From Raillietiella orientalis (taxonomy: Eukaryota): DNA of 60,840 bases. The position numbers were made by a program, and so were the translations under genes. Below the pieces are notes generated by a model. That model worked only from the letters and a program-made list of their open reading frames with translations, searched no databases and was not told the origin of the DNA. Where the stretch lies: assembly GCA_036172245.1 (NCBI GenBank), contig JAYWIR010000059.1, positions 682,001 through 742,840 of the forward strand. Reading direction: 5' to 3'. Position 1 is the stretch's first letter. Every line of letters begins with the position of its first letter. Of the stretch, positions 13,470 to 26,600 are shown in pieces.

Positions 13470-14125
13470 TCCACGCCCCTCGAGGGTGGGTAGTCTTCAA
13501 GATAGGGCGGACCCCGGGAGGGGTCCGCCCTATGAATCCAGGAAGGACTCGGAGTCCGTTCCTCTCACTCCTGGGGAGAGATCCCCGGAAATGGAGATCA
13601 CCTCCACCCTGGTTGTCTCCGAAGGGGAATCCAGAAGGGAATCTCTTTTCTTATTCTCTCCTAAGAGACCCTTGGAGGGGTTCGCTCCAGTTTTTCTTCT
13701 CTGAAGGGAACGTAGGTGACGCTTCCGAAATTCAGAAGGACACAGCTTCTCCTAAGGGATCGGCTCGCGTCTCTGCACTCTCTGGAGAGGTGGTGGCGAC
13801 ACAGCTACTCCATCAGTCCGACGCAGAGGGATCCCCCTCGGAATGGGGTGTCCACTCCTTCACAACTGGGTGGGAGCTCCCACTCCGTGATTCCTGGAAA
13901 GACCCGGAGGTCGACTGCTATTTGTCCCAGCCCTCATCGGGGGGCATCTAGTTTTAACCGCTACCAATGCTGCATCCGCATGAATGTAGGCCAACCAGAG
14001 TCATCTTGTGGGGTGAACTCGGGACCCACGACGCACTACCCACCCGTTGATTCCTTATGAGTACTCGAATCCACGACGGATGGTACTACGCGCGGAGACC
14101 ACCGTAACCACACGGCCTCCGACGC
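13470..14125. other. GC-rich hairpin-dense segment with a tRNA-like Pol III head on the minus strand (candidate SINE or structured RNA)
   Basis: Perfect 14-bp stem ATAGGGCGGACCCC-GGGA-GGGGTCCGCCCTAT at 13502-13533, followed by serial hairpins. Minus strand has an A-box-like AGGCCGTGTGG (14118-14108) and a B-box-like GATTCGAGTAC (14071-14061). Confidence 0.4.
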
Positions 14126-14272
14126 GGGCAAGTCAAGCAGTTTGAACGGTTTCGGCTACATCGATCTCGCTGCTGAATAATGCACCTTTTCGTGCTATTT
14201 TATTGACGAGGGGCGGAATAGAATTCAAACTACTGGAACCCTGCGTTCTTATTCTTCTCAAGAGCTGATTAA

Positions 14273-14305
14273 CAATTTTAATGACGGTGACCGTCATCAA
14301 AATTG
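14273..14305. repeat. 33-bp near-perfect palindrome
   Basis: CAATTTT-A-ATGACGGT-G-ACCGTCAT-C-AAAATTG. Confidence 0.85.
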
Positions 14306-15368
14306 ATCCGCAGCGCCGCACGGTGCTGATTTTCCGCGTTCTTCGAGGACGGTCGCCACTTTTCGTCATGCTAAGACACGTCTTTGTGTGTTGCACAGGG
14401 CTTAACTGTGCGCGTTTCTGCTGAAGTCACTCTGATACTTTAACAAGCCCTGAGCACGATTCTTCCAGTTAAAAGTGACCACCAGGTTTCCGAAGATTTA
14501 AAAACACGGATGAAAGAGAGCATCTGCGATGAGAAAGTTTTATTGTGCACAAGTTCAGCAAGGATAACTACTTGGGAAAAGTAGTGTCTTGAAAAGATGA
14601 CGCTGCGGATTAGAACGTTCTCAGAAGCGCATTGCAAAAAACGGAACGTGGAAGTAAAATACAGCTTTAGGCATTTTGAGGATTTACATTCGAACAAACA
14701 TCAGTCAGCATCCCCTTCTTATACCAGATGTCGAAAATGCCAATGCAAATCTATGTACTCCATTAATAATCTATGTACACACTGCCTTCATCGTTGCGGA
14801 AGATGGGAAACGATGTAATACGAAATTTACTTGATCCGTATGAAAATTTCTGCATGTTTGGAAATAAACGACTATGACTGTGACTCACATGAATGGGGAT
14901 TTCCTTCTACCATACAATCTTTATTTATCATACGAAATATTCATGGATGTATAGACTTCTGCAAGCAAGTCTCTGTGAATATGTGTATGGATTAACTACA
15001 TACAGATGTGAAAATATCTAACCATAGACAATGGAGAATCTCTAATGCTTCTGAGGTGCCTACCTGAGAGCACTCAGGTTATGTGCAATATTAAAATTCC
15101 TTCTTAACAACAACCACTCTCCGAGGGAAAGGAAATTAAAATCTAACAACTACAAAAGCAAACGGAGAATCATGCGCAATTGAAAACTCAAATAAAAAGA
15201 AAAACCATAGAAACCACATATTCCACAATCAGATTCTTTCTCATTAACGACAGACAAAATTCACAGCGTGGAATGGAAGTGTGCTGCAAAGAGAAAACAA
15301 AGAGGGAGAAAAAAAAAAAGGACACGAAAAAAAAAAACGTCCATCCAACAATGGAAGCAGCAGAGAAA

Positions 15369-16030
15369 GAGTGCATCCACCATTGCTGCGTGGCAAAGGA
15401 CAGCAACCCAGTCGACAAGGTAGGCGGTGGCCTTCAGTTGGAATGCTCGTGCCTCTGCTGTAATCATCCATTGAACCGACCCGACCACCGTCTACCACAC
15501 CCGCCCCTCTCTAAGGAGATCTATCCATCCCCCACGAAACGTACGACAACGAACATCCCTCATGTACTCCCTATCTCCCCAGGTCCACGTTCAAGATCGA
15601 AATATTTTAACGGTCGCTTTCCTCAAAAAGTTGTATCCTTGCGCAAAGGGCAGCAATGGGCATGTTTTCCATACCAAAGAGAATGGTAATTTATGAGTGC
15701 ATCCATCCCTGCTGCGTGGCAAAGGACAGCAACCCGGTCGACAAGGTAGGCGGTTACCTTCGGTCGGAACGCTCGTGTCACTGCTCGGTCCATCCAGTAA
15801 ATCCATCCATCGAAGCATCCCTTCCAGCGGCTTCCTATCCCTTCACTCTCTCCAGGAGCAATCCTTACCCTGCAAAACGTTCGGAAATGAATCTGCCCCA
15901 TGTTGTCCCCATCTCCCCGCGTCCTCATTGAAATTGTAAATTTCTTTCCGGTCGAGTTCCCCAGGAATTTGTGTTCGTGGGGATTTGTGCTTCGTCGCCG
16001 ATGCATGGTCGTCCCTATTGCATGGAAGTC
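15369..16030. repeat. Two diverged tandem copies of a ~326-bp unit
   Basis: GAGTGCATCCA...TGCTGCGTGGCAAAGGACAGCAACCC(A/G)GTCGACAAGGTAGGCGGT starts at 15369 and 15695; similarity decays toward the unit ends. Confidence 0.85.
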
Positions 16031-16249
16031 CCCAGTTTTGTCTTTTTTTTTTCGCAGGGGATCGAAAGTCCCGAAAGTTGTTCGAACATCCGGTCAGCGA
16101 CGTGATTTATGTGTTTTGTGTAGGTTGGGAATGTTGGTCCGTGGGAATTGCATTTTGTTTAAAAGTTGAGTCTGCAGCTCTGTTTTGAAGCTCGTGTTGT
16201 CCCCAATTGACCATGGTTGTAAGCGAAAGAGGTGGTAATGGCAATTTTT

Positions 16250-16430
16250 ATTAAAAAAAAAGTTGAAAGTGGGATCCCTCAAAGAAAAAAAAGAGATCAA
16301 AAGAAAAAAAACGAAAAGAAAAAAAAGAGAAAAAAAGAACCAAAAGAACAAAAGAAAAAAAATCCAAAAGAAAAAAAAGGGAAAGAGAAAAGGAAAAATA
16401 GATAGAAAAACAAATATAGGAAGGCAGAGA
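16250..16430. repeat. A-rich low-complexity tract
   Basis: Runs of A interrupted by single G or C. Confidence 0.9.
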
Positions 16431-16749
16431 GAGATACTCTTATTTTTTTGAAGTGGTTTTTTCATGGGGAATGAATCCGGAATTTCGAACCACCATTTGC
16501 TTCCATTGGCCCACGCAGTGGTTTCGCTTCCTCAGCACTTGCAATTGGAGTGAGCAGACACAAAACTGACGCTGGACATCGCAGCTCTTCCCGCTTCCCT
16601 CTAGAAGAAAAGGGCTCCTCTCCTCCTGGCGGGACAAACCCTTCTTTGCAAACTATCCGCTCTTCTTGGCACCCCACAACGATCCATCCTCCCCGTCCAC
16701 TGGCAAGGATCTTCGGATTGAAATGTATAGGGTTCCTGTACCTTGAATT

Positions 16750-17603
16750 TTCCCTTGAAGAGTCGCTTCAGTTCGCCAACTAACTTCCACAGGTACATCG
16801 CGACGAATATCTTCTGGATAGCACGAAGATCGCCCCGGGAGCTTCTCTATCCCCCCAGGATGCTCCTGGGCGTAGCTCCGTGACGTTCATTTCTCCCCTC
16901 TCCCATCCACAGAGTTGCACTTGGCTTGCCAAGTGATCTGGTTACTGACGTCAGTACGTTCGACTACCCAGCAATGAAATCGACAGTTTCTGATTGCGCT
17001 GCTTGATCCCTGGTCTTCCATCGCCACATTTCACCTCCAGATTGGCTCCCCCCTTCACGGTTGAGGCGCTGCTTCCCCCACAGCCCTCTTCGTGCGTCAG
17101 GAAGAGTTCAGCTCTCGCTACCGCCGAGCGGGCCTGTTGCTCTATGGCGAAATTTTGTTACCTACCTCTTGCTCCCGAAAACGTGGAGATTTCTTCACCT
17201 TGCTGGGACTCACTTCCCGTCTCCCCCATTCAACTGTTCGTTCCCTGAAGCGTGGATGTGCAAGCGATCTGGAGCGTGTGGATGTAGTTCCTGTCGTTCG
17301 AGTTACCCCGGCGATTCCGCCCGTCGTCAGTGGGCTGGCTTGGCCTGCGGTCTCTCCGCGTGCGATGCTTCGTTTTGTGTTGTCACACGCTTCCCTTGAA
17401 GATTTGCTTCTGCAGCCCGACGAAATTTGATTGCAACATCGCGACGATTCTCTTCTACGCACGACGATCGTTCCGGGGGAGCTACCCTTCCCCCCGAGGG
17501 TGCTCCTGGGCGTTGGAACGTGACGCTCATTTCGAGTCGCACATGGCGTACCGAGTGGTTTGGTTTGTCACGTCAGTACACTCTACTCCCTGGAATTGAA
17601 ATC
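16750..17603. repeat. Diverged direct repeat pair (~16750-16981 and ~17391-17603)
   Basis: Shared ordered blocks TTCCCTTGAAGA, ACATCGCGACGA, TGCTCCTGGGCGT, CGTGACG, ACGTCAGTAC and TGAAATC; start offset 641 bp. Confidence 0.8.
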
Positions 17604-17799
17604 CGTTCCTTATGGATGCGTGACATTGAAATGGTTGTATCGTTAAGGGCAATTGTTCCCGTTGGTGGAGGTGCTCCATGGATTTTTCCCATGTTCTGCC
17701 CAGGTCGACGGGAGTCCGCTCTCCAGAGGCCGTCAGTCTTGTCGACCTTCTTTTCTAAGGAGTGGCGATCGTTGTGGGTGCCTGTCTTCCTTTTTTGAT

Positions 17800-18420
17800 G
17801 CTTTTCAATGCTTTGCTGCTTTGGTTTTCCTCTCTTTTGAATTGAACTTTTTGTTGTGACTGGTGGTTTGTTTGTTCTGCAGTGCTGTCTGTTGTGTGCC
17901 GTTCTCGGATTTTACCTGGGTTTGTCCTGGTTGATTGGGTTTTCGATGTTCTTTTGTGTGTCAAAGCACAGCTTGCATGGGGGTTTATTTTGTTTTTTAT
18001 TTTGGTCACCTGAGTGCTTTGCGGGTTCGGTGATATGCCCATGGTGGGTGTGCATTTGGATTTGTTCTCCTTTGGTTCTCCTGTTTGGTGATTTTTGTTT
18101 CCATTGTTTGTCAAATTGTTTGTGATTTTTTGGTTGTGTCCCCTCAGCAGCCTGGTTGTTTTGCTGGCCGGCTGCGAGATTTTTGCAGGGAGTGTTTGTG
18201 ATGTGATGGCCAAGGCCTTTTTTTTTTTTTTCTTTGGTGCACGTTTGGCAGAGTGCTAACCGATGTGACGTTTTGTCTGTGGTATTGCCGGTGTATCTTG
18301 TTGACACCTTGGTTGTTGGTTCTGCTCATTTGTTTTTGTTATTGCTCATTCCTGGTCCCTCCTTGGTTTTTCGTTTGGCCTCCACCCCCATCCCCGTCGC
18401 ACTTATTTTTTTTTTGATCC
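17800..18420. repeat. T/G-rich strand-skewed low-complexity tract
   Basis: Strong A depletion on the + strand; recurrent TTTG/TTGG words. Confidence 0.7.
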
Positions 18421-21400
18421 ATCAATATGGGAAGTATTTTGCTCCTGTGGATCACTCCTGGAGAAGAGCTTTCGGACACATGGACCATCGGTTTGGAAGG
18501 ACTTGGGGCAGAACTTTCCTGGAAGTTGGAGTGGTGAGTTGTTTCTCATGTTTGTCGCATCGGCGGGTTATTGATGCGGGATAAGACTGTCACCAATTGT
18601 AATGAAACAAATTTTGTAATCAAGTTTCGCTTGGTTATGAGGTACTTCTACACGAATTGTCCCTGTAGATGTTTATTTTTTGAGATGTTAGGTTAGGTGA
18701 TTTCCATGTGAGTACCTGTAAATATGGTTTTGTGATGGATAACAAAAATGTCTGTTTTAGTGTGAAGTGGCAGTATTTTGAAAGAATCGTAATCATCTGA
18801 GATGTACTTACCTCATTTTGTTTCAGAACTTAGTTTTGTTGAAAATTTTCTTTCTAGGAACCGTGGGCAAAGGATTGGTAAAAGTTACTTATTGTTTCTG
18901 TTGCTCACAATAAAGCAGGAGTGGAGGTATTGAATTGAATTATGGAAGAAGTGTGAATAGATATGATGCTGAGGTTGTAAGGGGAATCGACTTTGTTTGC
19001 ATTTTCTTGAAAGGCAAACATGAATCAACGTTGAATGTACACTGACATATGCAATGTTGGCATACCAACCTACTGCTCCTTCTGATGGGTTGACCTTATG
19101 ATGCAGATCAAACATTTCTTTGCAATGTCAATTCCCAATGAAATTTTCATCATCTTAATTAGCTATATCTCAATTTCATTAGTGTTCCAATGGGTGCTCG
19201 CAATTGTTCACAAGTCCTAATGTTGAAACCTATTGCAGTTTGAAGAGGAGCTTTGGAAGCAGAGTTAATAGGAGTTCCTTTCTTCTATTTTATTTGGATA
19301 GATGCAAAATGATCTTTCATGAGATTCATTTGGTAATGAAGTGTATTCTCAGAACTCCCAGTTATTAAACTGAAGCTGTGAAACTGTTACACAGTTTCAT
19401 GGTGTTTTCTTTGAAATTTGCTTTCAATTTGTCTTCCACTGTAGGTGTTGCTGTGCATGTATGTTGAAAATCTGTTAGTTTCTGTTCGGTGTATGGTTAT
19501 TTGTTATCTTCCTGTGTTTGAGTTGCAGAGATAATGCAAAATTAAGATGAAACTCCTAGCAAAGAAAGAGTGAAGAAATAAATGATAGTGGAAAATTGAA
19601 TACAGTTTCTAAATTTTGTTGGTACTCTCAAGATAATTTCGGTTGTTGAAGCCATATGTTTTTTGGATTGGTTTCAGTGGGTCTGGTCTGATGGCACATT
19701 CGAAAAGATCATTTAATTTTCCGTCCATGAAACGACTATTGTATTTATCATTGTATATTCATTACTCTTGTTTGCGTATGTGTAATTTTGGTTTTGTTTG
19801 TTTCGGAATCAAGGAGTAATATTAAAGGGAAATAATAACAAATTGGGTTGAGTCCATGCTCACAAGCATTGATTTGTCTCTGTCTCCTTTGTTCACAGTT
19901 CCAACAGCACAGAAAACCAAACGCTCTTCTGAAAGGGCAACTAACTGCCAGTCAGAGCTGACCCAGATTGCACATGTCACAGGAAATCATGCTAGACACA
20001 GTGCTCAGTTATGTGGAACAAGTCGCTTCAGGAGATGCTACTGCAGTTGGCTAAATGAATCCTGAAGAATTTGAGGTGTTCAACACCAATGTCAAGGTTT
20101 GGAAACCAACTATCAATGGTCTTCATCTTATTTTGATCAGGATTTGCTGATGGTAATTTATGCAGCTCGGGTGTGTAGCACTGCAGTGTTGGTCGATGAA
20201 AAGCTGTGTTCACTGAATGCTGGAACATGAATAAATTCTTTCGAACAATCTTGGCATACGAAGTTTTTTATTGATGAGTAAGATACAATTCAAATGGGTA
20301 GCATTTTCATTTTTAATGCGGATAAAACGCTACGTATGCACGATGAAACATACAAAGAAAAAGTGTTTTGACAAGAATTCAAGTGTTTCAGCTTCTTAGG
20401 AAATTTTAGAAAACAGCATGGTGTCTTGTCACTGGGACTGGAAACATCAGTATGCTTGGTGCTCACAATCTCCTTGTCGAAAGGCTCCCTAATAGTGGAC
20501 TGCATGGTGTTGCAGGAGTACTGCTGTTGAGATGAGAAACTCACTTGCTGCAGTCCTATGTTGATGACCACCTGCATTTTTTGGTGTTGCCTTGGGCATC
20601 CATGTCTCTTGTCAAAGTACAAAACAGTTCAGGCATGTGTATCTGATGTGTGCTGTGCATGAATGCAATGTATCCTTTTTTCCGTGTTGCAAAAAAAAAG
20701 AATGAATTGGATGGTGTGGATGGCAGGGGCATGTTGAAGCAGCTGTGCTACCTCAAAGTCAGAAGGTGCAACAGAACATTGCTTCAAGAGCAAGGAGCAT
20801 TCTCACCGGCATCTTGTTTAGAAAGACTGAATGGAATATTGGTTCGAGATTTTCATGGACAAGGAAGGGAAGAATTCGGCATCATGGTTTTGGTGGAACG
20901 CTTAAATGCTTAGCGCTTTAGCGTGGGAAATGCCTTTCTTCAGTGGCATTGGTTCCAGTAGGTCTTCAGTGGAATAAGGAATGATGCAGCGGTCAGTTGA
21001 GATTTTCTCGTGGTTGGGGTCCTTGTTGAGGAAGATGATGAAGCGAGGTGGATCGTATAATTTAAGGTGACGTTGGGATTTTCGTGGAGCCCAGCGTTCC
21101 GTTTCTCCGGCTTTCCATAATTCCGTAGTTGCTGTGGTCATGTGGGGTCCAGCATGAGTGTCTCTCCCTTCCGCGTGTGGGCGGCGCCTCTCTTTTTGCG
21201 ATTGGTTAAGTACGGTGCGTAGCATTTGATATGTTTAGCTTCTGTGGTTTTTCCCCAGTTACCTTGGTAGTTGGTGTACCAATGTGTATCTCGGTGGTCG
21301 GGTTCTCTTTGCATGAGGTCTTTGTAGGGTTTTTCGCCGTACTTGTCATCTTTTGAGGATCCTTGTATTGTCTGTGGAGTCGGATTTTCCGAGTCTGATG

Positions 21401-23606
21401 CTGTCGATGTTGAAGCCATTCTGTTTATCGAATGGTTGTGGTTCGTTTTCGCAAAACCCTTTTTCTGTTTTTTCCCTCTTTTCTGTATGCGATGATCTGA
21501 AATGTATTGTGTTCCTTCTGCTTGATCTTGTATAGTAGGAAGTTTGTCGTTTGCCGGTGTTCGACCCTCCCTCGACCATACCATAGCATCTACCGAAGCA
21601 GCACCCATCCTGAACACCATTCTTCCCTAAAGATCGGATCTTTCCGTTAAATGCAAGCCCTGCTCCCAACTTTCGTAAAAAACGTAACGAAAATTAACAT
21701 TTTTGTGTTTCCGCAACTTCCCTAACTATTGGCCTCCTATTCATTAGCGTGCTTTCCAATTCGATTCCAACGACTCGGCATTCCAGAGTCCTCCTCTGCT
21801 TGCTTGCCTTAACGCACTCACTCTCTTTCCACTCTCAATTTTCATCTGATTGCTCACCCCCATCTCCAATCTTTGCTTTTATATACGTTCGCAAGTCCCA
21901 CTCTTCAAAGGAATTGTACACCTACTCCTCTTCCTATCATGAAAACCACATGTATGGCCCAAAGATACAATCACTGGGAAGTAACACACAGCATTTCTCT
22001 TAGAATAAGAGAAGAAACAATCAAATGAAAGTATCGAAAAACATAACGTTGACGGAATAATTAACAGCGATTGGAAATTGGCCTACTGCCATGCATTCCT
22101 TCATGCAGACCACCCAAACTGCCTCTGCTTATCAATACACTTCTCAGTTCCTTGAATGCTGTTGCTGTTCAGCTTCCCTCTTTACCGAGGTTTACTTGTT
22201 TTGCTTTTCGAAATGACCTTTCTGTGTTTCCTCCGCGGTTGTCTATCTGTTTGGGGTGAAGCACCGCTGCGTGCTCTTTGCGTACGGCATGTTGCGACTC
22301 TTTGGTGTGTGCGTGTTTGGTTTTCTACGGTTTCGAAAGTGCCGAGGTCAGGGTCACCCTGCGCACTAGCCAAGTGGTTTTTGCTGTTCTCAGAAATGTT
22401 TCTTAGGTAAACTTTGTCTTAGACGTCGTGTCTTGATGATTATCGTTGGGGAAATTCTGTGAGGAGACGTTAATGATGGTGGTAATTTGGGACGTGCTTC
22501 CTCTTGGATTGGGAAGGTGTTGTGTTCTGGTGCGCCTATTAGGTGTAGCAAAATCGGATTTTGCTTTTACGGAGAGTGCTGATACTGTTAGTCAAGAGTT
22601 GTGGCTTGTCGGCTGTGAAGTTTATTAGGTTGGCTGCTTTGTGTATGATACCGATTTGCATAAGCGCACGGTGAGTACGTTGCTTGGATTGCGGAAACAA
22701 ACTGCAATTTCGAGTATGTTTGAGTATGCAAAGTTGTACGGTGTGAGGATATGTTGCTGCGACAAATCCCGGAGTAGAGGAAGACTTTGGGAATATGAAA
22801 AATGGGGATTCCGAAGGAATGTGGAATCAGCTTACTAGGCAGCAAAAAAACTGATCACCTGTGTTTTGTAAATTAAAGAACACCACGTTATGTGTGTATG
22901 TGATCCACGTAATCACCACGAGATGCTGCATCTGACTGGTTCTACAGCGACACCCGGAATGTATGCCGCAGAAGACGTAATTGACTGTACTGTTCATCAT
23001 TTAGACAACAACCGAACGGTGGCACAAATTATAAACGAGGTGGGAATGGAGAAATGGGTTGTGCACGCGGTTTACTATTTTGAGTGTGCGATGGAATTCA
23101 TAGTCGAGGATTCCTACTGTGAATTTCGTGCACTAAGTATAAGCCTCGCCATGACTTCGTCACGCAGGCTTAAGAAAAAAAAGGCATTTCGGATTCCGCA
23201 TTGTGAAGCATCCTTTCGTAGGATGTGATCTCTGGACCTTGGTTTCGAGATGCTGATCACGCCCGAGTGCTCCAGAGTGTTGCTCGGTCGTTGCAGAAAG
23301 GTTGACCGCTGCAATGGCCCCAAACCTCATTGCTGGGAAGCGTAGTATTTAGGTTGAGACTGGAAAACTACTAAAGTGTATCTGAGGGCGGTTCTTCTAG
23401 TGTTTTCGTCACTAAAAGTCGGTGAAGTTTACGACCTCTACTATTCCATGTAGTAAAGAATGGGCAGTGCCTGTCAATGCAGAGAGCTTCATCAGAGTGA
23501 GACAGTCCAGTGCTGTGAAAGAGATGAGCCAGCCAAAGCCTCATACCATATGGTTAGGCAAGTAAACACGCCTGCAGCAGCAGGACGCAACGTTCTAAGG
23601 CGTTTC

Positions 23607-26600
23607 CTGTGCTACTTTTTGTATTTTGTAAGCAATTCGAAATCACTAGATTTCACAATGCCACTGTTGCGCCTGTTCCCGACGCATGCCTTTGCCGTGA
23701 GTGGAAAATTCTACTCATGGAGAGCCCCACGGCATTCCAATTTCCTGGATTAAGAGAAATAATAAGAGTCTCACACTTCATTAGGGCGGGGGAGTCTGGA
23801 TTCAGTGTTGTTTTAATATAACCCGTGTAGGAATTAAAAAGGGAATCTTCTCCTTAGCACTGATGCCTTATGTGGTCCAAATTTGCAAACCTTTGTGTTT
23901 TGTTTTCAATTCGAGCTCAGACGATTTGACCATTCCACTGTTAAGCATCTTCCCGACGCATCCATTTGAAGTGAGTCGCAAATTCTAGTCATGGAGAGCC
24001 CCACAGCATTAGAATTTCCTGGATTGAGAGAAACATTAAGAGTCCGACACATGATTAGGGCGGGGCACTTTGGACTCTGTGTTGCTTTCATGGTAACCAG
24101 AGTCGGAATTAGAAAAGGGATATTTTCCATCTCAATGATTCATAATGTGGTCCAAATTTGCAACTTCTTGTATTTTGTAAGCACTTCGAAATCAGCAGAT
24201 TTCACAATTCAACTGTTTCACCTCTTCACGACGCATCCATATGCCGTGAGCGCCAAAATCCCGTCATGGAGCGCCCAACAGTATTCCAATTTCCCCGATT
24301 CATGGAAACGTTAAAGAGAGACCGACACTTCATTCTGGCGAGGCACTTTGGACTCTATGTGGTTTTCATAGTAACTAGAGTATGATTCGGAAAGAGGATG
24401 TTTTCATTCGCACTGCTTCATTATGCAGTCCAAATATGCGAAACTTATGTTTTGTTATCAACTTGAAATTCGACGATTTCACTATTGTCCTAATGTGCCA
24501 CTTTACGACGCATCCATTTCCACTGAATGGCAAATTACACACATGGAGAGCAAAACTGCATTCCAATTTCCTGGATTCAGAGTGACATTAAGAATCCGAC
24601 ACTTGATTAGGGAGGGGCACCTTGGAATATGCGTTGTATTCATGGTAACGAGTGCCGGAATTAGAAAGCGAATGCTTTCCTTCGCACAGATTCATTATGT
24701 AGTCCAAATTAGCAACTTTTGTGTTCTGCAATCAATTCGAAAACAGCAGATTTCACCCTTGCACTGTTCCGTCTCTTCCCGATGCAACCACTTGCAGTAA
24801 ATGGAAAATTCCCGTCATGGAAACCCGCGTAGTATTCCAATTTCCAGGATTCGGATTGACATTAAGAAGACTTCATCACTTCATACTGGCGGGGCACTTT
24901 GGACTCTGAGTAGTTTACGTGGTAACCAGTGTCGGAATTAGAAAGGGAAGTTTTTTTTTTAGTCTGATTCATTGTACGGTACAAATTTACATGTTTCGCT
25001 GGTTTGTAAACAATTCGAAATCAGATTTCACCATTTTACATTTGGGCTTTTTCACGAAGCATCCATTTGCAGTGAGTGGCAAATTCACTGAATGGAAACG
25101 CACATCACTCCAATTTCCTGGTTTCAGAGGATGATTAACAAAGTACCTACATTTCCCTATGGTGGGACACTTTGCACTCCGTGTTGTTTTCATGGCAACC
25201 AGTATCGGAATTAGAAAGGGAAATTTTTCAATCGATCTGATTCATTTTATGGTACAAATATACACCTTCTGCTGGTTTGTAATCAATTCGAAGTGAGGAG
25301 ATTTCACCATTGCATATTTGCGCTTCTTCACGAAGCATCCCTTGGCAGGGCGAGGCAATCTACCGTCATGGATCACCACACTACCTTGCGATTTCCTGGT
25401 TTCAGAGGTGGATTAAAAAAAAGTCCGACATTTCATTAGGGCGGGGCACCTTTTACTCTGTGTTGTATTGACGGCAACCAGAATCGGAATTAGAAAAGGA
25501 ATTTTTAATACGATCTGATTCACGGTATGGTACAAGGTTACATTTTTGCTGCTTTGTAATCAATTTGAAATGTGGAGATTTCAGCATTGAACTTTTGCGC
25601 TTCTTCACGAAGCATCCATTTGCAGCGAGAGGCAAACTACCGACCTGGATCATCGCATAAACATGCAATTTCCTGGTTTCAGAAGTGGATTAAGAAGAGT
25701 CCGACATTCCATTAGGGTGTGACACTTTGCACTCCGTGTTGTTTTCATTGCAACCACTGTCGGATTTAGAAATGGAATTTTTTCATTCGATCGGATTCAT
25801 TTTATGGTACAAATAAACACCTTTTGCTAGTATGTAATCAATTCGAAGTGAGGAGATTTCACCATTGCACTTTTGCGCCTTTTCACGAAGCATCCTTTGG
25901 CAGCGCGAGGCAATTTACCGTTACGGATCACCGTACTACCTTGAGATTTCCTGGTTTCAGAGGTGGATTAAGAAAAGTCCGACATTTCATTAGGACGGGG
26001 CACCATTTACTCTGTGTTGTATTCATGGCAACCAGGGTCGGAATGAGAAAGGGAATTTTTTCATTCGATCTGATTCATTTTATGGTACAAATTTACATAT
26101 TTTGCTGGTTTGTAATCAATTCGAAGTGAGGAAATTTAACCATTGCACTTTTGCGCTTTTTCACGAAGCATCCATTGGCAGCGCGAGGCAATCTACCGTC
26201 ATGGATCTTCGCCTAAACATGCAATTCCCAGGTTTCAGTGGATGATGAAGAGTCCGACGTTTCATTAGGGTGGGACACTTTGCACTCCGTGTTGTTTTCA
26301 TGGCATCGAATGTCGGAATTACAAAGGGAATTTTGTAATTCGATCTCATTCATGGTGTGCTACAAAGTTACATCATTTGCTGCTTTGTAATCAATTTGGA
26401 ATGAGGAGATTTCACCATTGCACTTTTGCGCTTCTTCACGAAGCATCCATTGGCAGCGCGAGGCAATCTACCGTCATGGATCACCGCACTACCTTGCGAT
26501 TTCTTGGTTTCAGAGGTGGATTAAAAAAACTCCTACATTTGATTAGTGCGGGGAACTTTGAATTCTGTGTTTTTTTCATGGTAACCAGAGTCAGAAATAG

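Noticed and set aside
14597..14818. Cys-rich peptide RCRKCQC...CTHCLHRC as a CXC/zinc-finger gene
   Set aside because: Short, isolated and surrounded by stops; there is not enough support.
16094..16465. Lys-rich and Phe-rich ORFs
   Set aside because: They are translations of an A-rich low-complexity tract.
20860..21669. 160-aa minus-strand ORF (21138-21620) and neighbours as a gene or element ORF1
   Set aside because: No recognisable domain, compositional skew can explain the open frames, and boundaries are undefined.
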